A stretch of 64,000 bases of DNA from Burkholderiales bacterium (GTDB taxonomy: Bacteria > Pseudomonadota > Gammaproteobacteria > Burkholderiales > SG8-39): NCBI GenBank assembly GCA_020848075.1, contig JADLAV010000084.1:4387-68386 (forward strand), given 5' to 3'. A program made the translations under genes and the position numbers. Positions 37,978 through 47,617 of this stretch are shown in pieces. Numbering within the stretch: the first letter of the stretch is position 1; the number at the start of each line of letters is the position of its first letter. The notes under the pieces are model-generated. The model was not told where the DNA came from and ran no database searches. It worked only from the letters and a program-made list of their open reading frames with translations.

Positions 37978-38603
37978 GCGACGCGACGGTGTTCATCGTG
38001 GACGACGACGCGGGAATGCGCGACTCGCTCGCCATGCTGCTCGAGCTGAAGGGGTTCCATACGCGCACCTATCCGTCGGCGGAGGAGTTTCTCGCACGAT
38101 ACCGACCCGAATGGCCCGGGTGCGTCGTCCTCGATCTCCGCATGACCGGCATGAGCGGGCTCGAGCTCCAGGCCGAACTCGCGCGTCGCGGCATGGCCAT
38201 CCCCGTAATCATCGTCTCCGCGCACGGCGACGTACCGACCACGCGGATGGCGCTCAAGGGCGGCGCGGTGGATTTCATCGAGAAGCCGATCGATGACGGC
38301 ACGCTAGTCGCCGCGATCGCTGCTGCGCTCGACCGCGACGCGCGCGAGCGCCGGCAAGCGGCGGCGCGCACGCTCGCTATCGAGGGGCTCGCGCGTCTCA
38401 CGGCGCGCGAGCGCGAGGTCCTCGACCTCGTCGCCGACGGCAAGCACAATCGTGAGATCGCCGCGCTCCTCGGGATCAGCCCACGCACGGTCGAGGTGTA
38501 CAAGGCGCGATTGATGGACAAGCTGCAGGCGCGCCGCGTGACGGAGCTCCTCCGGCTGGTTCTCGCGGAAAAGCAGCCGCCGGAGGGCGATCTGCCCCGC
38601 TGA
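37974..38603 (+). CDS. FixJ/NarL-type response regulator (REC + LuxR HTH)
   Basis: MSDATVFIVDDDAGMRDSL...VLDLRMTGMSG...LTAREREVLDLVADGKHNREIA. The ATG overlaps the kinase stop (ATGA). Confidence 0.9.
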   Translation: MSDATVFIVDDDAGMRDSLAMLLELKGFHTRTYPSAEEFLARYRPEWPGCVVLDLRMTGMSGLELQAELARRGMAIPVIIVSAHGDVPTTRMALKGGAVDFIEKPIDDGTLVAAIAAALDRDARERRQAAARTLAIEGLARLTAREREVLDLVADGKHNREIAALLGISPRTVEVYKARLMDKLQARRVTELLRLVLAEKQPPEGDLPR

Positions 38604-38667
38604 TCGAAGGAGACGTCGGGCGCCTGCGCCTCCGGCGTAGCGGTCTGGTGGCTCTCGTGAGCCGCAA

Positions 38668-38686
38668 CGTAAGGGCAGCCCTTACG
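38668..38686 (+). terminator. Hairpin CGTAAGGG-CAG-CCCTTACG downstream of the response regulator
   Basis: Perfect 8-bp stem. Only a weak T-rich tail. Confidence 0.35.
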
Positions 38687-38785
38687 CGTAGTTCCGGATT
38701 TCGCCTTGCCGGCCCGTGCCTATGATCGGCCGGGTGGCGATTGCCCGTCCGCGGAACACGGTGCGATCGCGTTCCGGGAGCGACC

Positions 38786-38977
38786 ATGGGCATCATCGCG
38801 GACCTCGTACTCTGGATCACCGAACTCGACGCGTCATTCGCGTTCCTGCTCGCACTCCCGTTCGTCGTCGCGGCCGTCGGCTTGCTGGCGTCGCACCAGG
38901 AGTCGCGCGGCGGGCGCCGCGAAGCGCGCGCCGGCGCGGCCGACCGCGCACCGGGCCACCCGGCTCACGTGCGATAA
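38786..38977 (+). CDS. Possible small single-TM protein (63 aa)
   Basis: MGIIADLVLWITELDASFAFLLALPFVVAAVGLLASHQ.... GGGAG lies upstream of the ATG. The Arg/Ala-rich tail may be noise. Confidence 0.3.
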   Translation: MGIIADLVLWITELDASFAFLLALPFVVAAVGLLASHQESRGGRREARAGAADRAPGHPAHVR

Positions 38978-38999
38978 GCGTCTGCTGGTGGCGGACCCG

Positions 39000-40400
39000 A
39001 TGCGCAGAGCCGCACCCCGCGCTTCGTCGGCGCTCGTCGCGTGCGCCGCGCTGGCGGCGGTCCTCTTCAGCAGCGACGCCTGGGCGGCCGGATCGGACGC
39101 GAGCGCGCGCAGCTTCCTCTGGATCGCGGTGATCATCGTCGCCGCAAAACTCGGTGCGCTCGTCGAGCGCGTGCGTCAGCCGGTCGTCCTCGGCGAGATC
39201 GTCGTCGGCGTCCTTCTGGGCGGCCTCGCGCTCGCGGGGTTCGGATTTGTCGACGAGATCCGCAGCGACGCGGTCGTGCGGTTCCTCGGCGAACTCGGTG
39301 CGGTCGTCCTCCTCTTCCAGATCGGACTCGAGTCGAACGTACGCAGCATGCGCCGCGTCGGTCCGCGCGCTCTCTCGGTGGCGGCGATCGGCGTCGCCGC
39401 GCCGTTCGTCCTCGGCACGTACCTGGTCGGCCCGGTTCTGCTGCCCGGCATGAGCTTTGCGACGTACCTGTTCCTTGGTGCAGCGCTGACCGCGACGTCG
39501 GTCGGCATCACCGGCAGGGTGTTCCGCGATGCCGGGATGCTGCAGCGCCCGGAGGCGCAGATCGTGCTCGGTGCAGCCGTCATCGACGACGTCCTCGGCC
39601 TGGTGATCCTCGCGGTCGTCTCGTCCATCGCCTCGAAGGGCGCGGTCGACGCGGCGGGTCTGGGAATCACGGTCCTGCAGGCCCTCGGGTTCCTCGCGGG
39701 GGCGCTTGCCCTCGGACAGGCCGGTGCGCCGTGGCTCAACCGCGGCTTCGCCGCGATCAACCGCGGCGCCGGAATGAAGTTCACGGTCGCAATCGCGCTC
39801 TGCCTTGCGTTTGCCTACGTCGCCCACCTGATCGGGCTCGCGCCGATCGTCGGTGCGTTCGCCGCGGGCCTGATCCTCGATGAAGTGCATTTCCGGAACT
39901 TCGATGCGCCGCACATCCGCGACGAGCTCATCGCTGCGGTCGGCGAGGCCGACGCGCGTACGCGCGACCGGGTAATGCGGGTCGTCGAGCGCCACCGGGT
40001 CCGCCACCTCGAGGATCTGGTCGAGCCCGTGGGTCACTTCCTCGTCCCGATCTTCTTCGTGCTCGCCGGCATGCAGGTGAACCTCGAGGTGCTCGACGAC
40101 CCGTCCACCGTGGCCTTGGCTGCCGCGCTGACGGCGGTGGCGATCGCGGGCAAGCTCGTCTCCGGGCTCGCGGCGGGGAGTGTGAACCGCTGGATCGTCG
40201 GCTGGGGCATGGTCCCGCGCGGCGAGGTCGGGCTGATCTTCGCGTTCGTCGGCAAGGATCTCGGGGTGCTCGACGACCAGCTCTTCTCGACCATCGTCAT
40301 GATGGTCATCGGGACCACGCTGATCACCCCGCCGCTGCTGGCGCTGCTGCTGCGCCGGGTGCCGAAGGAAGCGCGCGCGCTCGATGCCGCGCGCGCCTGA
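39000..40400 (+). CDS. Cation:proton antiporter (CPA2 / Kef-type Na+/H+ exchanger family)
   Basis: Trimmed to the ATG at 39000. Polytopic; ...LGEIVVGVLLGG...LLFQIGLES...GAALTATSVGIT...VIDDVLGLVILA.... Confidence 0.85.
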   Translation: MRRAAPRASSALVACAALAAVLFSSDAWAAGSDASARSFLWIAVIIVAAKLGALVERVRQPVVLGEIVVGVLLGGLALAGFGFVDEIRSDAVVRFLGELGAVVLLFQIGLESNVRSMRRVGPRALSVAAIGVAAPFVLGTYLVGPVLLPGMSFATYLFLGAALTATSVGITGRVFRDAGMLQRPEAQIVLGAAVIDDVLGLVILAVVSSIASKGAVDAAGLGITVLQALGFLAGALALGQAGAPWLNRGFAAINRGAGMKFTVAIALCLAFAYVAHLIGLAPIVGAFAAGLILDEVHFRNFDAPHIRDELIAAVGEADARTRDRVMRVVERHRVRHLEDLVEPVGHFLVPIFFVLAGMQVNLEVLDDPSTVALAAALTAVAIAGKLVSGLAAGSVNRWIVGWGMVPRGEVGLIFAFVGKDLGVLDDQLFSTIVMMVIGTTLITPPLLALLLRRVPKEARALDAARA

Positions 40401-40444
40401 TTCCCGCGTCGCGTTCCTGCGCTCTGACCCGCCTCCCGCTCGCC

Positions 40445-40535
40445 GTGGCCGCCATGCGAGCGCCTTGGCTGCGACGACGGTGGGGCCTTTCGACAGTCCC
40501 TCGGTGGCGCGCACGCGGTCGGGCGTGATGCACGT
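40445..40535 (-). repeat. Diverged extra copy (ghost 3) of the pepN 3' terminus
   Basis: The minus-strand reading ..DRVRATEGLSKGPTVVAAKALAW compares with the true pepN C-terminus ..ERVRDTEGLSKDTTEVVTKAMA*. About 40 of 47 core nucleotides are identical by hand alignment. TGG sits where pepN has TAG. Confidence 0.6.
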
Positions 40536-40685
40536 GCAGCGACGGTCGCGCGAGGCGACGCAGATCAAAGACTGCGACGCGCGAATGTCGGAGAGTCGAC
40601 TTTCTTGCTGCGGCGGGGAAGGCGTGATCACAGATTTCCCGGTGGACGAGCGCTTCGGGGCGCCGCGAGCGCGCGATCCCGGCCA

Positions 40686-40883
40686 ATGAGCGCCTGGAGC
40701 TGCCCTCACCTCGAACACGACGGCACTTGTTCGCGCGTGCTTGGACGCCCGTGCGAGCTCGGCATGAAGGGTTGTGTGCTCGCCGGGCGCTTCGTGTTCG
40801 CCGACGAGAGCAAGAATGTCCGGCGCCGCAAGGAGGCGTCGTCGGATCCGCCGCCTGAGTGCAAGGAGCAAGAAGAGCACTGA
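40686..40883 (+). CDS. Small cysteine-rich protein (65 aa; C-x8-C-x7-C-x6-C)
   Basis: MSAWSCPHLEHDGTCSRVLGRPCELGMKGCVLAGRFVFADESKN.... Third-position GC is visibly lower than in neighbouring genes. No obvious RBS. Confidence 0.45.
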   Translation: MSAWSCPHLEHDGTCSRVLGRPCELGMKGCVLAGRFVFADESKNVRRRKEASSDPPPECKEQEEH

Positions 40884-40952
40884 GGCGCCCCGCGCCGGTG
40901 GCGTGCGAGGCTCGCGCGGGTGCGCCGGACGATGGCGAGAGCACTCTGGCGG

Positions 40953-41024
40953 GGCCTTCGCCGCTACCTCGGTGGTATCCTTCGAACACCCCTCGGTACC
41001 ACGCACGCGTTCGAGCGCGGCGCG
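40953..41024 (-). repeat. Diverged extra copy (ghost 2) of the pepN 3' terminus
   Basis: The minus-strand reading is ..[23 protein letters not shown]. About 59 of 73 nucleotides are identical to 42411-42483 by hand alignment. Confidence 0.6.
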
Positions 41025-41042
41025 ATCGGCGGGAGGCGACCG

Positions 41043-42371
41043 ATGGAACGACTCGCAGACAAGCACTTCACGCTCCCGCCGGCGCGGCTCGCGGCGATGG
41101 TCGAGGAGGCGCACGCGCGCACGGTCGCCTGTGTCGCGGACCTCCACGACGCGCAGCTCGAGGTGCCGCTGCTCGAGGTGGTGAACCCGTTCCGCTGGGA
41201 GCTCGGCCACTGCGCGTTCTTCTACGACGTGTTCGTGCTGCGCGTGCTGGAGCCGCGGCGCGCGCCGGTGATGGCGCGCGGCGACGACCTGTACGATTCG
41301 TTCAGCGTCGATCACGACGAGCGCTGGCGGCTCGACCTGCCCGATCGGCGCGGCACGCTCGATTACATGGAGCAGGTGAAGGATGCGGTGCTCGAGCGCC
41401 TGGTGCACGCCGCCGAGGACCCGGGCGAGACTTACCTGCACCTCCTCGCGCTCACGCACTCCGACATGCACTGCGAGGCGTTCACCTACATGCGGCAGAC
41501 GCTCGGCTACCCGCCGCCGCGCTTCCGCGCCGGGGGCAGCGCGGCGCCGGCGAAGGAGGCTGGGCTCTTGCGCGGCGACGCGACGATTGCCGGCGGCACT
41601 TTCGCGCTCGGCGCCGGTCCGGATGCGCCGTTCGTGTTCGATAACGAGAAGTGGGCGCACCCGGTCGCGGTCGCGCCCTTCCGGATCGCGCGCGCACCGG
41701 TCACCAATGCCGAGTTCGCCGCATTCGTCGCCGACGGCGGCTACCTCGCGCGCGCGCTCTGGAGCCGTCAGGGCTGGGGATGGCGCGCGCGGACCGGGGC
41801 GCTGCATCCGGCGTACTGGCAGCGCACCGACGGCGGCTGGCTGCGCCGCGATTTCGATCGCATGGTGGCGCTCGAGCCGCATGCTCCGGTGATGCACGTC
41901 ACCTGGTACGAGGCCGAGGCCTACTGCAAGTGGGCCGGACGGCGACTGCCGACCGAGGCCGAGTGGGAATTCGCCGCGAGCGCAGCGGCGAACGGGGCGG
42001 GCGACGCGGCGGCCAAGCAGAGATACCCCTGGGGCGGCGCCGATCCGAATGCAGAGCGGGCGAACCTGGACGCGGCGGCGATGGGCTGCACCGATGTCGC
42101 CGCGTTCCCGGCCGGCGACAGCGCGCACGGCTGCCGCCAGATGATCGGCAATGTCTGGGAGTGGACCGCGACGCCCTTCTATCCGCACCCCGGATTCGTG
42201 ATCGATTTCCCGTACAAGGACTATTCGGCGCCGTGGTTCGGCTACCGCAAGGTGCTGAAGGGCGGCGCGTGGGCGACGCGGCCGCGCTTCGCCTACACGA
42301 CGCTGCGCAACTTCTTTCCGCCGCACCGCAACGACGTGTACGCGGGCTTCCGGACCTGCGCGCTCGCGTAG
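41043..42371 (+). CDS. egtB: EgtB-type sulfoxide synthase (DinB-like + FGE-sulfatase domains)
   Basis: Trimmed to the ATG at 41043 (GGGAGG RBS). [10 protein letters not shown] and HSDMH iron-ligand contexts. C-terminal ...[18 protein letters not shown]...GNVWEWT.... Confidence 0.8.
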   Translation: MERLADKHFTLPPARLAAMVEEAHARTVACVADLHDAQLEVPLLEVVNPFRWELGHCAFFYDVFVLRVLEPRRAPVMARGDDLYDSFSVDHDERWRLDLPDRRGTLDYMEQVKDAVLERLVHAAEDPGETYLHLLALTHSDMHCEAFTYMRQTLGYPPPRFRAGGSAAPAKEAGLLRGDATIAGGTFALGAGPDAPFVFDNEKWAHPVAVAPFRIARAPVTNAEFAAFVADGGYLARALWSRQGWGWRARTGALHPAYWQRTDGGWLRRDFDRMVALEPHAPVMHVTWYEAEAYCKWAGRRLPTEAEWEFAASAAANGAGDAAAKQRYPWGGADPNAERANLDAAAMGCTDVAAFPAGDSAHGCRQMIGNVWEWTATPFYPHPGFVIDFPYKDYSAPWFGYRKVLKGGAWATRPRFAYTTLRNFFPPHRNDVYAGFRTCALA

Positions 42372-42402
42372 GGCGCCGGCGGGGCGCCGCGCCCGGCCTC
42401 GG

Positions 42403-45141
42403 CTACGCCATGGCTTTCGTCACCACTTCGGTGGTGTCCTTCGACAGCCCCTCGGTGTCGCGCACGCGCTCGAGCGCGGCGCGGGCATGCGCCTGCCGGC
42501 CGGCGTCGAATTTTCTCCAGCGATCGAATGCGCGCGCCATGCGGGCGGCGACCTGCGGGTTGAGCCGGTCGAGCGTGACCACCTGGTCGGCGAGGAACGC
42601 GTAGCCGGCCCCGTCCGCGGCGTGAAAGCGCACGTGGTTCGCCAGCGTGAAGCCACCGATCAGCGCATAGACTTTGTTCGGGTTCTTGAGCGAAAACGCA
42701 GGATGCGCAAGGAGGCGTCGCACTTCGGCGAGCGTGGCGGGCAGGCGGGAGGTCGCCTGCACGCGCAGCCACTTGTCCACGACGAGCGGCTCGCCCTGCC
42801 AGCGCGCGTAGAACGCATCGAGCGCTCCGGGCCGCTCGGGGCAGTCGCAGTTCGCCAGGATGCCGAGCGCGGCGATGCCGTCGGTCATGTTGCCGGCACG
42901 CTCGAGCTGCGTCACGGCGGTGGCACGCACCTCGTCGTCGGCGAGCTCCATCAGATAGGCGAGGCACAGATTGCGCAGCGCGCGCTTGCCGGCGCTCGCC
43001 GCGTCCGGGCTGTAGGGCCCGTGCACGGCGTGTGTCCGGTAGGCGGCAACGAGCTCCGGCCGCATGGCCCGCGCGAGATGCGCCGCGAGCGCGTTGCGCA
43101 CGGCGTGGATCGCGTCGGGATCGACGACGTCCATCTGCTCGGCGAGATGGATCTCCGAGGGCAGCGTGAGCGCCTCGGCCGCGAACGCCGGGTCCCGCGG
43201 CGCGTCGGCGAGCACGCGCGCGAACGCCGACACGAACGCGTCCGGAACGTCGAGCGCGCGCCCGGCGCGATGCGCCGCGACGCCCTGCATCAGCAGCCCC
43301 GTCGCGAGGCGCTGGCCCGCTTCCCAGCGATTGAACGGGTCCGCGTCGTGCGCCATCAGGTGCGCGAGCGCGGCGTCGCTGTAGCCGTGCTTCAGGATCA
43401 CCGGTGCCGAGAAGCCGCGGAGCAGCGACGGCACCGGCGCGGCCGGCACGTTCACGAAGGTGAAGCGCTCGGTTTCGCCCTTCACCGAGAGCACGCGCGT
43501 GGTTCCCGCAGCCCGCGTTTCCCCCTCGATCTGGAGCGGGGCGTCGCGCCCATCCGGGCCGACCAGACCCAGCGCCACCGGGATGTGGAACGGCAGCTTC
43601 GTCGCCTGTCCGGGCGTCGGCGGGCAGTGCTGCCTAAACGAGAGCGTATAGCGCTGGGCGGCTGCGTCGTAGGCGCCCTCGGCTTCCAGCACCGGCGTGC
43701 CCGCCTGGTCGTACCACCGCTTGAACTGGCCGAGGTCGATGCCGGAGGCGTCCGCCATCGCCTGCACGAAGTCGTCGCAGGTCACCGCCTGCCCGTCGTG
43801 CCGCTGGAAGTAGAGATCCATGCCGCGCCGGAACGCGTCTTTGCCGAGGAGCGTGTGGATCATGCGCACCACCTCGGCCCCCTTCTCGTACACCGTGGCA
43901 GTGTAGAAGTTCGTCACCTCGATGTACGACTGCGGGCGCACCGGGTGCGCCATCGGCCCCGCGTCCTCCGGAAACTGCGCGAGCCGGAGCCCGCGCACCT
44001 CGCGGATCCGCTGCACCGGTCGCGAGTACATGTCCGCGCCGAACTCCTGGTCGCGGAATACGGTGAGCCCCTCCTTGAGCGAGAGCTGGAACCAGTCGCG
44101 GCAGGTGACGCGGTTGCCGGTCCAGTTGTGGAAGTACTCGTGCGCGACCACGCGGTCGATATTCTGGTAGTCGAGATCGGTCGCGATATCCGGCCGCGCG
44201 AGCACGTACTTGGTGTTGAAGATGTTGAGCCCCTTGTTCTCCATCGCGCCCATGTTGAAGTCGCCGACCGCGACGATCATGTAGCGGTCGAGGTCGAGCT
44301 CGAGCCCGAACACCTCCTCGTCCCACTTCATCGCGCGCTTGAGCGCGCTCATCGCGAAGCGCGCTTCCTCGAGCTTGCCGGGCTCGACGTAGATTGCGAG
44401 CTGCGCGCGCTTGCCCGACATGGTGACGAAGTCCTCCTCGAGGCGATCGAGCCTTGCGGCGACCGCGGCGAAGAGGTACGAAGGTTTCGGGAACGGATCC
44501 TCCCACCGCACCCAGTGCCGGACACCCCCCTCCTTTTCAAGGAGGGGTGGCCGCGAAGCGGCCGGGGTGGTTTCGTCGTCTCCTTTGGAAGGAGGGGTGC
44601 CCTGCGCAGCAGGCCGGGGTGGTTCGAATCCGCACGCCACCCGATTCCCGTTCGAGAGTAGGTGCGGGCAGCGCTCGCGATCGGCACGGATGGTGCACGT
44701 GTAGCGCGCCATGACGTCCGGCCGGTCGATGAAGTACGTGATGCGCCGGAAGCCCTGCGCCTCCGACTGCGTGAAGTAGCCGTCCTTGGAGGCGTAGAGC
44801 CCCATCAGCTTCGTGTTCTTCTGCGGCTCGATGCGCACTGCGGTGGCGAGGCGGAACGCGTCGGGCACCGAGGTGATCGTGAGGCGCTCCGCGTCGACGG
44901 CGTACTCGGGCGGCTCGAGCCGCCGCCCGTCGAGCGCTACCGAGACGAGGGTAAGCTCGTCACCGTCCAGCACGAGCGGCGCCCGCGCGTCGCGCGCAGC
45001 CGGGTTGCGGCGAACCGTGAGCGTCGCGCGGACGAGGGCATGGTCGTCGTGGAGCGCGATGTCGAGCTCGACCGCCGGGATCAGGAACGCGGGCGGCGCG
45101 TAGTCCTTGAGGAGAATTGCAGTCGGTGCCGGGTCGCGCAC
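42403..45141 (-). CDS. pepN: Aminopeptidase N (M1 family)
   Basis: GAMENKG and HEYFHNWTGNRVTCRDWFQLSLKEGLTVF (HEXXH-18-E). A GTG start at 45141 with an AAGGAG RBS fits the conserved N-terminus (..ILLKDYAPPAF). Confidence 0.9.
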   Translation of the reverse strand: MRDPAPTAILLKDYAPPAFLIPAVELDIALHDDHALVRATLTVRRNPAARDARAPLVLDGDELTLVSVALDGRRLEPPEYAVDAERLTITSVPDAFRLATAVRIEPQKNTKLMGLYASKDGYFTQSEAQGFRRITYFIDRPDVMARYTCTIRADRERCPHLLSNGNRVACGFEPPRPAAQGTPPSKGDDETTPAASRPPLLEKEGGVRHWVRWEDPFPKPSYLFAAVAARLDRLEEDFVTMSGKRAQLAIYVEPGKLEEARFAMSALKRAMKWDEEVFGLELDLDRYMIVAVGDFNMGAMENKGLNIFNTKYVLARPDIATDLDYQNIDRVVAHEYFHNWTGNRVTCRDWFQLSLKEGLTVFRDQEFGADMYSRPVQRIREVRGLRLAQFPEDAGPMAHPVRPQSYIEVTNFYTATVYEKGAEVVRMIHTLLGKDAFRRGMDLYFQRHDGQAVTCDDFVQAMADASGIDLGQFKRWYDQAGTPVLEAEGAYDAAAQRYTLSFRQHCPPTPGQATKLPFHIPVALGLVGPDGRDAPLQIEGETRAAGTTRVLSVKGETERFTFVNVPAAPVPSLLRGFSAPVILKHGYSDAALAHLMAHDADPFNRWEAGQRLATGLLMQGVAAHRAGRALDVPDAFVSAFARVLADAPRDPAFAAEALTLPSEIHLAEQMDVVDPDAIHAVRNALAAHLARAMRPELVAAYRTHAVHGPYSPDAASAGKRALRNLCLAYLMELADDEVRATAVTQLERAGNMTDGIAALGILANCDCPERPGALDAFYARWQGEPLVVDKWLRVQATSRLPATLAEVRRLLAHPAFSLKNPNKVYALIGGFTLANHVRFHAADGAGYAFLADQVVTLDRLNPQVAARMARAFDRWRKFDAGRQAHARAALERVRDTEGLSKDTTEVVTKAMA
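44525..44624. repeat. Two tandem double-hairpin repeat units inserted in frame inside pepN
   Basis: CCCCCCTCCTTTTCAAGGAGGGGTGGCCGCGAAGCGGCCGGGGTGGTT, then TCGTCG, then TCTCCTTTGGAAGGAGGGGTGCCCTGCGCAGCAGGCCGGGGTGGTT. Translated within PepN as ..PPRPAAQGTPPSKGDDETTPAASRPPLLEKEGG... Confidence 0.7.
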
Positions 45142-45356
45142 GGGTCGAGGCTCCTTGGTGCCGGTGATTTCGGGGCGTCGCGGCGCGCGCCGGCCACATG
45201 ACAATGCACACCATCGGGACCGCGGCGGTTCGCTCCGCCCGAATGTTGGCACGATCTCGCGCCGCGCGGGCAGCAGCGCGCGGGACTCCGGTCCGTTGCT
45301 GCCGCAGGATGCTGCGCGTATGCTCGGCCTGACACGGTCTTACGCCTCGCACGCCA

Positions 45357-46829
45357 ATGCTCCGGACTGGGCGATTTGCATGGATGCTTCGCGCGGCGCG
45401 CGCTTGGCCGCTGCTGCTCGTCCTGCTGAGCGCGGGCCTCCTCGCGCCGCAGCGCTTGCCCGCTGCGGAGGACCGGGCGAAGCCGCCGCCGAAGGTCGTC
45501 GTGCTGACCGTCGATGGGGCGATCACGCCGGCCACCTCCGACTACCTGGTGCGCGGCATGCGCCGCGCGGCGGAAGGCGGCGCGGCGCTCATCGTCGTCC
45601 AGATGGACACGCCCGGCGGGCTCGACACGTCGATGCGCGACATCATCAAGCAGATCCTCGCCTCGACGGTGCCCGTGGCCGTCTTCGTCGGGCCGAGCGG
45701 CGCCCGGGCGGCGAGCGCCGGGACGTACATTCTTTATGCGAGCCACGTGGCGGCGATGGCGCCTGCCACCAATCTCGGCGCCGCGACGCCGATCGCGATC
45801 GGCATCGGCGGCGAGCGCCCGTCCGGCGGTAACGGTGAGGCGCCCGAGAGGGCGGACGAGCGAAGCGCGAAGAAGGAGGGCGCAAGGCAGAAGACCGCCA
45901 AGGAGAAGGCGCCCGTGCCGCAGGACACGCTCTCGCGCAAGCAGATCCACGACGCCGCGGCGTATATCCGCGGGCTCGCGCAGCTGCGTGGCCGCAACGC
46001 CGACTGGGCCGAGCGCGCGGTGCGCGAGGCGGTGAGTCTCTCGGCGAAAGAGGCGCTCGAGCTCAAGGTGATCGATCTCGTCGCGAACGACGTTCCCGAC
46101 CTCGTTGCGAAGCTGGACGGGCGCAAGGTCACGGTGCAGGGCGTCGCGCGCAAGCTCGAGCTCGGCGGCGCGGTCACAGAGTTCGTGCGGCCGGACTGGC
46201 GCACCGAGCTTCTCGCCGTGATCACCAACCCGAGCGTCGCGCTGATCCTGATGATGATCGGCGTCTACGGGCTCTTCTTCGAGTTCTCGAACCCGGGCTT
46301 CGTGCTGCCGGGGGTGGTGGGTGCGATCTCGCTGCTGCTCGGCCTCTTCGCGCTGCAACTGCTCCCGGTGAACTACGCGGGGCTCGCGCTCATGCTGCTC
46401 GGCCTCGCGTTCATGGTGGCCGAGGCGTTCCTGCCGAGCTTCGGCGCGCTCGGCATCGGGGGCGTGGTCGCGTTCGTGTTCGGCGGGCTGATGCTCGTCG
46501 AGACCGACGTCCCCGGATTCGGCATCCCCGCGTCGCTCGTCGTCTCGATCGGTATCGTGAGCGCGCTGCTGATCTTCATGATCGCGGCGCTTGCCATCCG
46601 TGCACGCCGCCGGCCCGTCCTGGGCGGACGCGAGGAGCTCGCCGGCAGCTCGGGCGAGGTCGTAGACGATTTCACCGGCGAAGGCTGGGTGCAGACGCGC
46701 GGCGAGCTGTGGCGCGCGACTTCGGCGGTGCCGCTCGTCAAGGGCGCGCGCGTGCGCGTCAAGGCCGCCAAGGGGCTCGTGCTCGAGGTCGAGCCGGAGC
46801 CGGCCCAAACCAGAGGAGAGAGGACATGA
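45357..46829 (+). CDS. NfeD-family membrane-bound ClpP-class serine protease
   Basis: Signal sequence, protease domain ([16 protein letters not shown]...MDTPGGL...AASAGTYI), TM block, and C-terminal OB-like tail. An alternative ATG is at 45384. Confidence 0.85.
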   Translation: MLRTGRFAWMLRAARAWPLLLVLLSAGLLAPQRLPAAEDRAKPPPKVVVLTVDGAITPATSDYLVRGMRRAAEGGAALIVVQMDTPGGLDTSMRDIIKQILASTVPVAVFVGPSGARAASAGTYILYASHVAAMAPATNLGAATPIAIGIGGERPSGGNGEAPERADERSAKKEGARQKTAKEKAPVPQDTLSRKQIHDAAAYIRGLAQLRGRNADWAERAVREAVSLSAKEALELKVIDLVANDVPDLVAKLDGRKVTVQGVARKLELGGAVTEFVRPDWRTELLAVITNPSVALILMMIGVYGLFFEFSNPGFVLPGVVGAISLLLGLFALQLLPVNYAGLALMLLGLAFMVAEAFLPSFGALGIGGVVAFVFGGLMLVETDVPGFGIPASLVVSIGIVSALLIFMIAALAIRARRRPVLGGREELAGSSGEVVDDFTGEGWVQTRGELWRATSAVPLVKGARVRVKAAKGLVLEVEPEPAQTRGERT

Positions 46830-47602
46830 CCGAATGGAACATCGGCTACGCGGGGCTCGCGGTGTTCATCGTCATCGCGATCGCGGCGTCGCTGCGCATC
46901 CTGCGCGAGTACGAGCGTGCCGTGGTCTTCCTGCTGGGACGCTTCTGGCGGGTGAAGGGCCCGGGCCTGGTCGTCATCATCCCCGGGGTCCAGCAGATGG
47001 TGCGGGTCGATCTGCGCACGCTCGTGCTCGACGTGCCGAGCCAGGACGTGATCTCGCGCGACAACGTCTCGGTGAAGGTGAACGCGGTGGTGTACTTCCG
47101 CGTGGTCGATCCCGAGAAGGCGATCATCCAGGTCGAGAACTACCTCGCCGCGACCAGCCAATTCGCGCAGACGACGCTGCGCTCGGTGCTCGGCAAGCAC
47201 GAGCTCGACGAGATGCTCGCCGAGCGCGAGAAGCTCAACCTCGACATCCAGCGGGTGCTCGATGCGCAGACCGACGCCTGGGGCATCAAGGTCTCGAACG
47301 TCGAGATCAAGCACGTGGACATCAACGAGTCGATGGTGCGCGCGATCGCGAAGCAGGCCGAGGCCGAGCGCGAGCGGCGGGCGAAGGTGATCCACGCGGA
47401 GGGCGAGTTGCAGGCGGCCGAACGGCTCCTGCAGGCCGCGCAGCAGCTCGCCAAGCAGCCCGAGGCGATGCAGCTGCGATACATGCAGACCCTCGGCCTG
47501 ATCGCGACCGACAAGTCGAACACCATCGTCTTCCCGATGCCCGTCGACATCATGGGCGCGCTCGGGCGCACGCTGGGCGGGAGCCGCGGCGCGGGGTCCT
47601 AG
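46826..47602 (+). CDS. SPFH/band-7 (stomatin-like) protein
   Basis: The ATG at 46826 overlaps the NfeD stop (ATGA). ...[16 protein letters not shown]...[23 protein letters not shown].... Confidence 0.9.
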   Translation: MTEWNIGYAGLAVFIVIAIAASLRILREYERAVVFLLGRFWRVKGPGLVVIIPGVQQMVRVDLRTLVLDVPSQDVISRDNVSVKVNAVVYFRVVDPEKAIIQVENYLAATSQFAQTTLRSVLGKHELDEMLAEREKLNLDIQRVLDAQTDAWGIKVSNVEIKHVDINESMVRAIAKQAEAERERRAKVIHAEGELQAAERLLQAAQQLAKQPEAMQLRYMQTLGLIATDKSNTIVFPMPVDIMGALGRTLGGSRGAGS

Positions 47603-47617
47603 GCCGAGTCGGAGCGT

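Noticed and set aside
38817-42326. A 1169-aa minus-strand ORF spanning the antiporter, the egtB region and beyond.
   Set aside because: It is an Arg/Ala/Pro/Gly-rich low-complexity translation antisense to well-supported plus-strand genes, which is typical of stop-codon depletion in high-GC DNA. Its only informative parts are the short pepN-end ghost segments.
44617-44640. GGTTCGAATCC, the classic tRNA T-arm/T-loop motif, suggesting a tRNA fragment or integration site.
   Set aside because: The flanking bases do not form a T-stem or acceptor stem (GGTGG versus CCGCA). The motif is simply the junction of the repeat unit end (..GGGGTGGTT) with pepN sequence.
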